Origin: Candidatus Fervidifonticultor quintus
GTDB lineage: Bacteria; Sysuimicrobiota; Sysuimicrobiia; Sysuimicrobiales; Humicultoraceae
Reading direction: 5' to 3'
Assembly: GCA_031459535.1 (NCBI GenBank)
Contig: JAVKIJ010000026.1
Coordinates: 1-36,210, forward strand
Length of the DNA: 36,210 nucleotides
Below the pieces are notes generated by a model. The model was given only the letters and a program-made list of their open reading frames with translations, was not told the DNA's origin and did no database searches. Shown in pieces: positions 27,267-36,210 of the stretch; within the stretch, counting starts at the first letter, position 1; the number at the start of each line of letters is the position of its first letter. The translations under genes and the position numbers were made by a program.

Positions 27267-28862
27267 CTACGGCTCCGCCGGGCGCTGGAACGCCACTGCC
27301 GGCGACGGCACCAGGCTCACCTCGACCCACACCTCCCGCCGCACCTGCCGGTACCGGAGGGAGGCGGCCACACAATCGCACCGGTACGCCAGCGTGTAGT
27401 CCAGGTCCTCCAGGGCCCGGGTCGTCAGGTTGACGACCGCGGCCACTGCCAGGGAGATATTCGGGCCGAGGGGGCTGCTGACCTCCCCGGAAAGTTTCGT
27501 CTCCGGGCCGATGAAGTTGTGCGAGAGGACCAGGGAGGCCCGGATCGGGGGGAGGTGGTGGACCAGACTCAGGGTGGCGGTGCTGGCCGGCAGGATCCGG
27601 TCATACAAGAAAGGGGTGGCGCCGCTCACGGCGGTCAGGTCGTAGCGGAGGGAGGCGCTCGTCCGCGGGCCCAGCGAGGCCCCGGCGCCCGCAACGAGGC
27701 CCAGGACCGTGCGCTGGCCGGCGGTGCCGTAGGCGGTGTAGCGCGCGGAGAAGCCCGTCTGGACCGCCAGGTCCGGGCCCAGCCGCACGGGCGGGGAGCT
27801 GAGCGTGACCAGGGCGTCCACTCTGGGGGCGGAGACGCCGGAGTCCTCCTCGGCGGCCCAGCCCGCGGAGAGGTGCGCCGACCAGGAGAACCCCGGGGGT
27901 TGGGCCCGGGCGGGCACGGCGAGGGAGGCTTCCGCCAGCGTGACCCGGCGGGCGACACCGTCGACGTCCACGATTTGGGTGCGGCCGGTCCGTAGTGTGG
28001 CTGCCCAGGCAGGACGCTCGTACCGGAGCGTATTGAGGAGGAAGAAGCCGGCCCGCGTCGTGTACCTGGCGTTCAGCTCGCCCGCCACCTGGTCGAGCCG
28101 ATAGGCGTAGGGGTAGGCGACCCAGAACCCGTCCGCGGTGTTGTAGCCGGCGCTGGGGAGATTCCGGCCTTGCTCCCCCGGTCTCAGCGACTGCCGGTAG
28201 GTCCCCAGCGTCACGAGCCGGGTGGATCCCAGCCACAGCGAGGCCTCGCGGGCGACGAGCTCCTCCCCCGGGCGGACCTCCACCCGTCGGGCCGTGACGC
28301 GGACGAGCGGCCTGCGCGGGTCGCAGAGCGTCGCCGTGGCGTCCTGCACCTGAATGCGCGCGGGCGAGGCGTCGACGCGGGCGCCCCGGAGGTAGACCTG
28401 GTTGACGATGGTCTCCGCGTCCAGGACCACGGCACGTTCCCGGCGCACGTCGAGCATGAGCCGCTCCCCGCGGAGCTCGCGGCCGGTCTCGTCGATGAGC
28501 CGCACGCCGCCCTCGGCCGTCAGCAGCTGCGCCCGGAGGTCGTAGGTGATCCGCCCGGCCAGCAGGCGAAATCGGGGGTGGGTAACGCGGACGCGGCCCG
28601 CAGCCGTGACCGTCTCCGTGGCGGCGTCGTAGGCGATCTCGTCGGCCTCGATGACGGCGGGGCCGGAAAGCACCGGGACCGGCTGGGCGACGGGGCCGGG
28701 CGAGACCCGGGCCCGCTGAGCCGTGAGCGTGACGGGCGCCGAAGACGCCGCAACGGCCGCCCCGGAGGACGACGACAGGGGCATGGCCCGGGCTGGCGGG
28801 GCCGGGAGTCCCAGGAAGGTGAAGGCGCCCGCGAGCAGCGCGGCGACCGGGAGGCGGGTCAC
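27267..28862 (-). CDS. LptD/OstA-like outer-membrane LPS assembly protein
   Basis: Signal peptide, IEADEIAYD..A.G.V jellyroll repeats, T.C motif, alternating beta-strand C-terminus with YRCDC. Confidence 0.75.
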   Translation of the reverse strand: MTRLPVAALLAGAFTFLGLPAPPARAMPLSSSSGAAVAASSAPVTLTAQRARVSPGPVAQPVPVLSGPAVIEADEIAYDAATETVTAAGRVRVTHPRFRLLAGRITYDLRAQLLTAEGGVRLIDETGRELRGERLMLDVRRERAVVLDAETIVNQVYLRGARVDASPARIQVQDATATLCDPRRPLVRVTARRVEVRPGEELVAREASLWLGSTRLVTLGTYRQSLRPGEQGRNLPSAGYNTADGFWVAYPYAYRLDQVAGELNARYTTRAGFFLLNTLRYERPAWAATLRTGRTQIVDVDGVARRVTLAEASLAVPARAQPPGFSWSAHLSAGWAAEEDSGVSAPRVDALVTLSSPPVRLGPDLAVQTGFSARYTAYGTAGQRTVLGLVAGAGASLGPRTSASLRYDLTAVSGATPFLYDRILPASTATLSLVHHLPPIRASLVLSHNFIGPETKLSGEVSSPLGPNISLAVAAVVNLTTRALEDLDYTLAYRCDCVAASLRYRQVRREVWVEVSLVPSPAVAFQRPAEP

Positions 28863-28879
28863 GACGCCCGGGCGCCCTT

Positions 28880-29167
28880 TCAGATCAGCAGGTCCTGGGC
28901 CTGGAAGGCGAGATCCGGCAGCGCCTCGACCGTCAGGAGGTCCCCGCCTGCGGTGCGCTGCACGGACCGGTACCCGTCGGGGGCGGGCGTGCGGTAGACG
29001 TCAACCCCCCGCCGCTGCAGATCCACCACCCAGACCTCGCCGATGCCGTAGCGGGCGTAGACCCCCTCTAGGAGTTCCACCCGGTCGTCCTCGTCCAGGA
29101 TGCCGGCCTCCGCCATCCGGTAGTACTCGTCCACGGTGAAGCGCCGCCTCACCAGGCGTACCGCCAT
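28880..29167 (-). pseudogene. Uma2-family (DUF820) endonuclease with a large in-frame internal deletion (95 aa)
   Basis: N-terminus RRFTVDEYYRMAEAGIL.EDDRVELLEG joined directly to C-terminus YARYGIGEVWVVDL; the central PEPD..EV core is absent; GAGGAGG RBS intact. Confidence 0.85.
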
Positions 29168-29221
29168 GGGGACCTCCTCACGGGTGCCTATCGGCCGCTG
29201 GGCGCGTTTTCGCCCCGTCCT

Positions 29222-29242
29222 TTCACTATTCTTCACTATAAT
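29222..29242. promoter_or_regulatory. Divergent promoter region with overlapping -10 boxes and a direct repeat
   Basis: TATAAT (+, 29237-29242), TATAGT (-, 29235-29240), and TTCACTAT at 29222 and 29232, in an AT-rich patch. Confidence 0.7.
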
Positions 29243-29248
29243 GGACGG

Positions 29249-30553
29249 GTGTATTCGCTGACGGGACCGACCGTCGCGCTCGTGGGCAACGGCCCGGGAG
29301 AGGTCGGCGGCTGGGTGCTGCCGGTGGCGCGGGCCCTGCGGGCGCGCGCGCCCTCGACCCGCCTGGTTCTCTTCCTCCCCCCCACACAGTTCGCCGGCGG
29401 GCACGAGGAGGTCCTGGCCCGCCGGTCCGGCCTCTTCTCCCTGGTCATCCCGCCGGGGCGGACCGTGGCCACGGCCCTGGGACTGGGCGCGGCCCTGGGG
29501 TCGGTCCCACCTTTCTTGGTTCGCGGCGCGCAGCCAGGGGCGGGCACGACGCGGGATGGGCACAGGGCAGCCCAGCCGGCGGGTGGCGCCCTGCTGCACC
29601 TGGGCGGCGACCTGTGGGTGAGCGTGCGCCTGGCCCGCCGGCTGGGGGTCCCCGCCTATGCGTTCGTGGAGACCCCGCTCATCGCCAGGTACGCGCGGGC
29701 CTTCCGCACCATCTTCGTCGGCAGCCACACCCACGCGCGGATGCTCACGGCGGCCGGGGTCCCGGGTCAGGTGATCCACGTCGTCGGGGACCCGCGCCTG
29801 GATGCGGTCCCTCCCAGGGTGCGCGAGCGACACGTGGACGGTGCGCCGGGAGACGGCCGCACCGTGATCTTCCTGGCCGGCAGCCGGCCGCACTTCCTCC
29901 CCTCCCTGCTCCCGCTCTGGTGCGAGGCGGCCCTGGAGCTGCGCCGCCGTGACGGCCGGGCGCGCATCCTGCTCGGTGTCTCCCCACTGCTCGACGAAGG
30001 GGCGGTAGAGCGCCACCTCCTGCCGTGGCGTCCCAGGCTGGCCGATGCGGGGATCGAGGTGGCGCGCCGACCGGCCGCCGACCTGCTGGCCGAGGCCGAC
30101 CTGGTCGTGACGATTCCGGGCACGACCACCATGGAGGTGGCCGCCGTGCCCGTGGCCGCGCTGGTCGTCCTGCCGCTCCACCTGGTCGGCGTGGCCCCGC
30201 TGGAAGGCCTCGCCCACTACGTGGCCCGCCTGCCGCTCGTGGGGCCGCGCCTCATCCGCCGCCGCGCCGCCGTGGTGCTGGCGCGCGAGCGCTTCGTGTC
30301 GCTGCCGAACCACCTGGCGGGCCGGGCGGTGCTGCCGGAACTGGTCGGCGAGGTCACCCCGGCGCAGGTGGCGGAGGCGGCCGCCGCGCTGGCGGCCGAC
30401 GCGGCGCGCCTGCGGGAGATCGAGGCGGCGCTGCGGGAGGTGGCCGGGCCCCGGGGCGCCTCGGACCGTATCGCCGCCAGGATCCTGGCCGACTTGCCTG
30501 GCGCAGCGGGGGTGGCCGCCACGGCAGCGGTCCGGCCCGAGGTGCCGGCATGA
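29249..30553 (+). CDS. Lipid-A-disaccharide synthase (LpxB)-like GT-B protein
   Basis: NGPGE..GW, HLGGD, VVGDP, FLAGSR, TIPGT.T.E and SLPN..AG..V.PE motifs; next to an MsbA-like gene. Confidence 0.75.
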   Translation: MYSLTGPTVALVGNGPGEVGGWVLPVARALRARAPSTRLVLFLPPTQFAGGHEEVLARRSGLFSLVIPPGRTVATALGLGAALGSVPPFLVRGAQPGAGTTRDGHRAAQPAGGALLHLGGDLWVSVRLARRLGVPAYAFVETPLIARYARAFRTIFVGSHTHARMLTAAGVPGQVIHVVGDPRLDAVPPRVRERHVDGAPGDGRTVIFLAGSRPHFLPSLLPLWCEAALELRRRDGRARILLGVSPLLDEGAVERHLLPWRPRLADAGIEVARRPAADLLAEADLVVTIPGTTTMEVAAVPVAALVVLPLHLVGVAPLEGLAHYVARLPLVGPRLIRRRAAVVLARERFVSLPNHLAGRAVLPELVGEVTPAQVAEAAAALAADAARLREIEAALREVAGPRGASDRIAARILADLPGAAGVAATAAVRPEVPA

Positions 30554-32415
30554 CCACCGGGACGCCGGGGGAGGCGACGCGTGCCGCAGGATCCCCTGCC
30601 GTGCCGCCTCCCCAGAGTCTGGGCCCCGCGCCCGGTGCATCGGCCCGCAACTGGGCCGACCTGGCGCGCATCCTCGCCTACCTGCGCCCCTACCGTCTCC
30701 ACCTGGTCGGCGCGCTGCTATCGCTGGGCCTCGTGACCGTCACCCAGCTGGCCGTGCCGCGCTACGCCGGGGCCACCGTGGACGAGGTGATCCGCACCCG
30801 CTCCTACGCCGCCCTCGACCGGGCCGCCCTCGGCTTGCTGGGGTTGCTGGCGGCCCGCAGCGCCTTCCTCTACCTGCAGGTCTACCTGGCCTTCGCCCTG
30901 GCCACGCGCACGGTGGCCGACCTGCGCCGCGACCTCTTCGCCCAGATCCAGCGCTGGTCGCTGGACCGCTTCCGCACCTGGCAGAGCGGGGACGCCATCA
31001 GCCGCATCCTGCAGGACACGCAGGTGCTCCACACCCACCTGCTGGTCGGCGCCGTGGACTTCGTGGCCACGGTGCTCATGCTGCTCGGCGTGGCCGTCAT
31101 GCTCGTGGTCCTGGAGTGGCGCCTGACGCTGCTGGTGGCCGTGGCCATCCCGGCGATCTTCGCGCTCACCCGCCTCTTCGGGCGCGAGGTGCAGCGGGTG
31201 GCGGCGCGGGCGCAGGAGTACCTGGGCGGGCTCGCCGGCATCGTGCGGGAGGCCTTCGGCGGGGCCATGGTGATCCGGGCCTTCGCGCAGGAAGGGCGCG
31301 AGCGGGCGCGCTTCCAGCGCGAGAACGACCGGGTGGCGCAGGCCCACCTGCGCATCGCCCGGCTGGTGGCCACCCAGGTGCCGGTGGTCTCCTTCCTCAC
31401 GGCGCTGGGCCTGGTCGTGGTGGTGTGGGTGGGCGGGCGGATGGTGGCCGGGGGGACCCTCTCCACGGGGTCGCTGCTGGCCTTCCTCGTGTACGTGGCC
31501 CTGGCGGTGGAGCCGGCCGCCGGCGCCACCCGTCACTACGCCGAGCTGCGCCAGGCGCTGGGCGCCTTCGGGCGCATCCGCGAGCTACTCGACGAGGAGC
31601 CGGCGGTGCGCGAGGCCCCGGACGCGGTGGAGCTGGGGCGCCTCGACGGGCGCGTCACCTTTCGTGACGTCTCCTTCCGCTACGACGCCAGCGGCCCGTG
31701 GGCGCTGCGGGGGGTGCGGCTGGAGGTGGTGCCGGGGGAGCGCATCGCCCTGGTGGGGCTCTCGGGGGCGGGGAAGACTTCGCTGGTCTACCTGGTGGCG
31801 CGTTTCTACGACCCCACCGAAGGGGCGGTGCTCATCGACGGGGTGGACCTGCGGCGCGTGCGCCTGCGCTCGCTGCGGCGGCAGATCGGCTTCGTCCCCC
31901 AGGAGACGGTGCTCTTCCGGGGGACCGTGCGCGAGAACATCGCCTACGGCCGGCCCGACGCCACGGCGGAGGAGGTGGAGGCGGTCGCGCGGCTGGCCAA
32001 CGCCCACGACTTCATCGCGGCACTGCCGCAGGGGTACGACACCCTCGTCGGGGAAGACGGGCTGGGGCTGTCGGGGGGGCAGCGGCAGCGGCTGGCCATC
32101 GCCCGGGCGCTGCTGACCGACCCGCGCATCCTGATCCTCGACGAGGCTACCTCGGCGCTCGACAGCGAGTCGGAGGCGCTGCTGCAGCAGGCGGTGGAGC
32201 GGGCCACGCAGGGACGCACCACCATCACCATCGCCCACCGCCTCTCCACCGTGCGCCGGGCGGACCGGATCGTGGTCCTGGAGGAGGGACGCATTGCGGA
32301 GGAGGGGACGCACGAGGCGCTCATGCGGCGGGGCGGGGTCTACGCGCGGCTCGCCCGGCTGCAGTGGGGCGATTCGGCGCCCGACGCCCTCCCCGAGGCC
32401 GTCCGGGAGCCGTGA
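30550..32415 (+). CDS. MsbA-like ABC exporter (fused TMD-NBD)
   Basis: Six-TM domain, GLSGAGKT, LSGGQRQR, ILDEATSALD and IAHRLST; ATGA overlap fixes the start at 30550. Confidence 0.92.
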   Translation: MTTGTPGEATRAAGSPAVPPPQSLGPAPGASARNWADLARILAYLRPYRLHLVGALLSLGLVTVTQLAVPRYAGATVDEVIRTRSYAALDRAALGLLGLLAARSAFLYLQVYLAFALATRTVADLRRDLFAQIQRWSLDRFRTWQSGDAISRILQDTQVLHTHLLVGAVDFVATVLMLLGVAVMLVVLEWRLTLLVAVAIPAIFALTRLFGREVQRVAARAQEYLGGLAGIVREAFGGAMVIRAFAQEGRERARFQRENDRVAQAHLRIARLVATQVPVVSFLTALGLVVVVWVGGRMVAGGTLSTGSLLAFLVYVALAVEPAAGATRHYAELRQALGAFGRIRELLDEEPAVREAPDAVELGRLDGRVTFRDVSFRYDASGPWALRGVRLEVVPGERIALVGLSGAGKTSLVYLVARFYDPTEGAVLIDGVDLRRVRLRSLRRQIGFVPQETVLFRGTVRENIAYGRPDATAEEVEAVARLANAHDFIAALPQGYDTLVGEDGLGLSGGQRQRLAIARALLTDPRILILDEATSALDSESEALLQQAVERATQGRTTITIAHRLSTVRRADRIVVLEEGRIAEEGTHEALMRRGGVYARLARLQWGDSAPDALPEAVREP

Positions 32416-33359
32416 GGGAGCACCGCCCGGCCGTGAGCGTCGTGGTGCCGGCCTTCAACCGCGCCGGGCTGGTCCGGGCGTGCCTGGAGGCGCTGCGCCG
32501 CCAGACGCTCCCGCCCGACCGTTACGAGGTCGTGGTCGTGGACGACGCCAGCACCGACGAGACGCCTCAGGTGGTGGCGAGCCTGGCGGACGGGGAGCGG
32601 CTGCGGCTGGTCCGCCAGCCGGAGAACCGCGGGCGGGCGGCGGCCCGCAACCGGGGCGTCCGTGAGGCGCGCGCCCCCATCGTCGTCTTCGTGGACAGCG
32701 ACGTGCTGGTGCGGCCTGACTTCCTGGCCCACCATCTGGACGCCCACACCCGGGCGGGGCGTCCGGTGCTCGTGCGCGGCCCCGTGGCCGTGGTCCCCGG
32801 GGTGCCGCCAGGAGCGGGGAATGGCTGGCTGCCGCTGCCCCCGCGCCTCCTCGCCCCCTCCCCCGCCTACCTGGACACCGCCAACGCCTCGCTCCCGCGC
32901 GAGGAGCTGCTGGCGGCCGGGCTCTTCGACGAGGGGTTCCGCGCCTACGGGTGGGAGGACGTCGACCTGGGCTTCCGGCTGCAGCGGCGCGGGCTGCCGC
33001 GCGTCTTCCGGCGGGAGGCCGTGGCCTACCACGTGCAGCCCGCGCCCACGCCGGCGCGCTTTGCCGAGATGGCGCGCAAGGAAGAGGAGCGGGCGGCCAA
33101 CGCCCTGCGCTTGCTCGGGAAGCACCCCGGGTGGCGCACCCGGTTCCTGGTGCAGCGGACACCGCTCCACCGCCTCGCCTACTTCCTGCTGGCCGGCGGC
33201 GGGGTGCTGAACGAGGCCACGGCGCCACGCCTGGCGGCATGGCTCCGCCGGGCGGGGCTCACCACGTTGGAACACCTGGTGCTGCGGGCGGCGCTCAACC
33301 GGCACTACCTGGCCGCGCTCGACCGACCGGCACCGCCGGCGATGAGCGACGCCGGGTGA
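32412..33359 (+). CDS. Glycosyltransferase family 2
   Basis: SVVVPAFNR, VVDDASTD, FVDSD and FDEGF..YGWEDVDLG; GTGA overlap with the upstream stop. Confidence 0.92.
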   Translation: MREHRPAVSVVVPAFNRAGLVRACLEALRRQTLPPDRYEVVVVDDASTDETPQVVASLADGERLRLVRQPENRGRAAARNRGVREARAPIVVFVDSDVLVRPDFLAHHLDAHTRAGRPVLVRGPVAVVPGVPPGAGNGWLPLPPRLLAPSPAYLDTANASLPREELLAAGLFDEGFRAYGWEDVDLGFRLQRRGLPRVFRREAVAYHVQPAPTPARFAEMARKEEERAANALRLLGKHPGWRTRFLVQRTPLHRLAYFLLAGGGVLNEATAPRLAAWLRRAGLTTLEHLVLRAALNRHYLAALDRPAPPAMSDAG

Positions 33360-33368
33360 CGAGGTACC

Positions 33369-34598
33369 GTGGCGGTGGCTTCCACGATGAAGGGCGCTGT
33401 GCGGCTCGACCGCCTGCGGCGCGGGGCGTTGCTGCTGCTGGCCGCCCTCTTCCCCGTCGGGCATGCCCTGTGGGGCGCGGCCGCGGCCCTGGTCACCGGG
33501 GCGTTCCTCGCCGGTCGCTCCCGCCCGCGGTCAATGGTGGATGTGGGCGTGGCGGCGTTCCTCCTGGCCTTCCTCCTCGCCGCCCTGACCACGCCCTTTC
33601 CCCGCGTGGCCTGGCCCTCCACGCTGCTCGTGCCGCTGGGGATCCTGACGAGCTATGCGCCCTTCCGCCGGGTGGTGGCGGCGGACGCCGGGTTTGCGCG
33701 GGCGGCGCTCTGGGCGCTGGGCGCGGGGACGGCCCTCACGGCCGCCGTCTGGAGCGTGCTGGCGCTGCGGCAGGGCCCGCAGGCCTCCACCGGCAGTCTG
33801 CAGTACAACGCGGTGGGGACGACGATGGCGATGGGCCTCGTGGCCCTGCTGGGGCTCGCCGCCTTCGCCGTCGGGCGCGTGCGCGCCGCCCTGGTGGCGG
33901 CCGCCGCTGTCACGGCAGTGGCGCTCGCGCTCACCTTCAGCCGCGGGGCGTGGCTGGCGGCCCTGGTCGGCGTGCTCGTGCTCCTGGCCCTGCTGCCGGG
34001 GCGGGTGCGGGGGACGGTCCCGCTGGTGGTCATCGCCCTCGTGCTGGCGGGCGCCGTGCTGGTCCAGTGGTCTGACCGATTGGAGGCCGAAGCCCGCAGC
34101 ATCTTCAGCCTCACCACCAACCGCAACCGCATGGTGCTCTGGCGCATCTCCTGGACGATGGTGCGGGACCGGCCGCTGACGGGCAGCGGCCTCAACACCT
34201 TCGGCGTCCTCTACCCGCGCTACCGGACGCCCGACGCCGTCGACGAGGCCCCGCCCTTCGCCCACAACATCTTCCTCAACATGGCTGTGGAGGGCGGTGT
34301 CCTGGGGGCGCTGGGGTTTGCGGCGATGGTCGGGGCGGGCTTCGTGGCCGCCTGGCGCTGGCTGGGCCGGCCGGGGGCGCTCGGCCGAGCGGTCCCGGCC
34401 ACGTGGCTCGCGACCTTCCTCGCGTTGATGGTCCACCAGCAGGTGGACGGGACCGCCATCTCCTTCCACATCGGCGCCGGGCTGTGGATGCTGCTGGGGA
34501 TCTTCGCCGGTGCCGACCCGGGCCTCAGCCGGGCCTCTCCCGGTGGCGGCGCAGGTGGTGTCGCCCGCGACGCCGATGCGGGGAGCCCGCCACCGTGA
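33369..34598 (+). CDS. O-antigen ligase (WaaL-like)
   Basis: TFSRGAWL, R..LW......DRPLTGSG..F and AHNIFL..AVEGG motifs; polytopic membrane protein in an LPS-type operon. Confidence 0.88.
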   Translation: MAVASTMKGAVRLDRLRRGALLLLAALFPVGHALWGAAAALVTGAFLAGRSRPRSMVDVGVAAFLLAFLLAALTTPFPRVAWPSTLLVPLGILTSYAPFRRVVAADAGFARAALWALGAGTALTAAVWSVLALRQGPQASTGSLQYNAVGTTMAMGLVALLGLAAFAVGRVRAALVAAAAVTAVALALTFSRGAWLAALVGVLVLLALLPGRVRGTVPLVVIALVLAGAVLVQWSDRLEAEARSIFSLTTNRNRMVLWRISWTMVRDRPLTGSGLNTFGVLYPRYRTPDAVDEAPPFAHNIFLNMAVEGGVLGALGFAAMVGAGFVAAWRWLGRPGALGRAVPATWLATFLALMVHQQVDGTAISFHIGAGLWMLLGIFAGADPGLSRASPGGGAGGVARDADAGSPPP

Positions 34599-35578
34599 GC
34601 GCGGCCACCCCCGCCCTCAGCGTCGTCATCCCCGCCTACAACAGCCGGGACCTGCTGCGCGAGTCCCTGCGGGCCTTCGCGGGTCAGGAGGCCGCCGACC
34701 CCTTCGAGGTCGTGGTCGTGGACGACGGCTCCAGCGACGGCACCGGTGACATGGTGGCGGCGCTCCAGGCAGAGGGGCCGTTCGCCGAGGGTCGACCGGG
34801 CCTGCGTCTGGTCCGCACGGCCAACCGGGGCCGGTCGGGAGCGCGCAACCTGGGGGCGGGCGAGGCCCGCGCCCCCGTGCTGCTCTTCATGGACGCCGAC
34901 GTGCGCCCCACGCCGGGGCTTCTGGCCGCGCACCTGCGCCACCACGCCGGCGCCGGACGCGTGGGGGTGCAGGGGCGCACCCTCCAGCACCCCTCGACCC
35001 TCGTCACCCCGTTCATGCGCGCCCCCTACCTGCTGCCCGACCTGACCGTGCGGCGCCGCCGGCGCCTCTCCCCGCTGCACGTCGTCACCCGCAACTTCTC
35101 GGTCTCGGCGGACGCCTTCCGCCAGGTGGGCGGCTTCGACGAGGCCTTCACCGGCTACGGCTGGGAGGACATCGAGCTGGGGCTGCGGCTGGCGCAGGCG
35201 GGGACGGCGCTCCACTACGAGCCCGACGCGCTCGCCTACCACTACCACATCCAGACGCTCGACGACGTCCTGCCCAAGCTGCGCCAGGCCGGGGCGGGGG
35301 CGGTCTACTTCTGGCGCAAGCACGGACGCCCGCTGTGGCTGGGGCTCTTCCTGGAGCTCCACCCGGCGCTGCTGCCGCTGAAGTGGCTGATCTTCCGCAC
35401 GGAGCTGGTGACACGGCTCGTCCGCCGGCTGCTGCCGTGGGCGGAGCGCCGCGAGATCCTCGCCCTGTGCAACGAGTGCTACACCCACCTCCTCTGGAAG
35501 GCGTACTACGCGGGCGTGTGGGAGGCCATGGCGGCGGAGCGGGCCCGCCCGCGGCGCGCGGAGGAGGCGCGCACGTGA
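34595..35578 (+). CDS. Glycosyltransferase family 2 (paralog of 32412-33359)
   Basis: SVVIPAYN, VVDDGSSD, FMDAD and GGFDEAF.GYGWEDIELG; GTGA overlap. Confidence 0.92.
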   Translation: MSAATPALSVVIPAYNSRDLLRESLRAFAGQEAADPFEVVVVDDGSSDGTGDMVAALQAEGPFAEGRPGLRLVRTANRGRSGARNLGAGEARAPVLLFMDADVRPTPGLLAAHLRHHAGAGRVGVQGRTLQHPSTLVTPFMRAPYLLPDLTVRRRRRLSPLHVVTRNFSVSADAFRQVGGFDEAFTGYGWEDIELGLRLAQAGTALHYEPDALAYHYHIQTLDDVLPKLRQAGAGAVYFWRKHGRPLWLGLFLELHPALLPLKWLIFRTELVTRLVRRLLPWAERREILALCNECYTHLLWKAYYAGVWEAMAAERARPRRAEEART

Positions 35579-35612
35579 GCGCGGACGGCGCGCACGTGAG
35601 CGGGGACGGCGC
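35566..35612 (+). repeat. 21-bp tandem duplication spanning a stop/start junction
   Basis: GCGCACGTGAGCGCGGACGGC (35569-35589) then GCGCACGTGAGCGGGGACGGC (35590-35610); one mismatch. Confidence 0.9.
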
Positions 35613-36210
35613 TGCGCTGTCCACCCATCAGGCGGCGGCGCGGGACAGAACAGGACATCCCCGCCTGCTCGTCGTGAGCAACGGCTACGGCGAGGACCTG
35701 ATCGCCGCACGCATCCTGCGGGAGCTGCGGGAGGTCGAGGTCGCCGCCTTCCCGCTCGTGGGCGCGGGGCCGGCCTACCCGCCCGGGGTGCCGCGCCTGG
35801 GGCCCCGGGCCGACCTGCCGAGCGGCGGGTTCGGCTTCCGCGACGACCTGCGGGGCCTGTGGAGCGACCTGCGGGCCGGGGCGCTGGGGCTGGTGCGGGC
35901 GCAGCGCCGGGCGCTGCGGGCGGCGGGCGCAGGGGATGGCGCCGGTGCGGGCGCAGGGGCGGGCGCAGGGCCGGACCTGGTCCTGGCGGTGGGAGACGTC
36001 TACGCGCTGTGGATGGCGCTGGCCGTCGGGGCCCCGGTGGCGCTGGTGGCCACGGCGGACACGGTGCTGGCCCGACGGCCCTCGCTGCTGCACCTGGCGC
36101 TGCTGCGCCGCGCCCGGCACGTCTTCGCCCGGGACCAGGCCACGGCGGCGTGGCTGGCGGCGCGCGGCGTGGCCGCTTCGGCGCCGGGGAACGTCATGGT
36201 GGACTGCCTG
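35575..36210 (+). CDS. Lipid-A-disaccharide synthase-related protein; 3' end runs off the window
   Basis: Hand translation from GTG 35575: RLLVVSNGYGEDLIAARIL..FPLVGAG.AY..LPSGGFG..LAVGDV..PGNVMVD, typical of the LpxB-related family seen in cyanobacteria and other diderm Terrabacteria. Confidence 0.8.
   Translation, partial: MSADGAHVSGDGAALSTHQAAARDRTGHPRLLVVSNGYGEDLIAARILRELREVEVAAFPLVGAGPAYPPGVPRLGPRADLPSGGFGFRDDLRGLWSDLRAGALGLVRAQRRALRAAGAGDGAGAGAGAGAGPDLVLAVGDVYALWMALAVGAPVALVATADTVLARRPSLLHLALLRRARHVFARDQATAAWLAARGVAASAPGNVMVDCL

Noticed and set aside
1-36210. CRISPR array, tRNA/rRNA, IS element or prophage genes
   Set aside because: No regularly spaced repeats with unique spacers, cloverleaf-like sequence, or transposase/integrase/phage motifs were seen.

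Overview
High-GC bacterial chromosomal window from a diderm with Terrabacteria-like genes. CdaA plus LptD, MsbA and LpxB-like genes suggest an Armatimonadota-like lineage (inference). Minus strand, left to right: cdaA (partial), argF, a cPGS/GTPase-family gene that looks like arginine synthetase ArcE, rpsI-rplM, a decayed vapBC-like relic, a small-protein/nucleotidyltransferase pair and a sugar-phosphate nucleotidyltransferase. Next comes an ~18.5 kb, visibly lower-GC Wzx/Wzy polysaccharide cassette whose edges fall inside the priming glycosyltransferase and wzz genes. It encodes a Gmd + ColD-type 3-dehydratase + non-ColC reductase 3,6-dideoxyhexose route, four glycosyltransferases, a methyltransferase, a deacetylase-like protein, and a CDP-alcohol phosphotransferase coupled to a kinase-nucleotidyltransferase fusion. 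After it are PMM/PGM, lptD and an internally deleted Uma2 gene. A divergent plus-strand envelope operon follows (LpxB-like, MsbA-like, GT2, O-antigen ligase, GT2, second LpxB-like). No rRNA, tRNA, CRISPR array, transposase or integrase was recognised. All family calls come from motif recognition by eye, not database searches.
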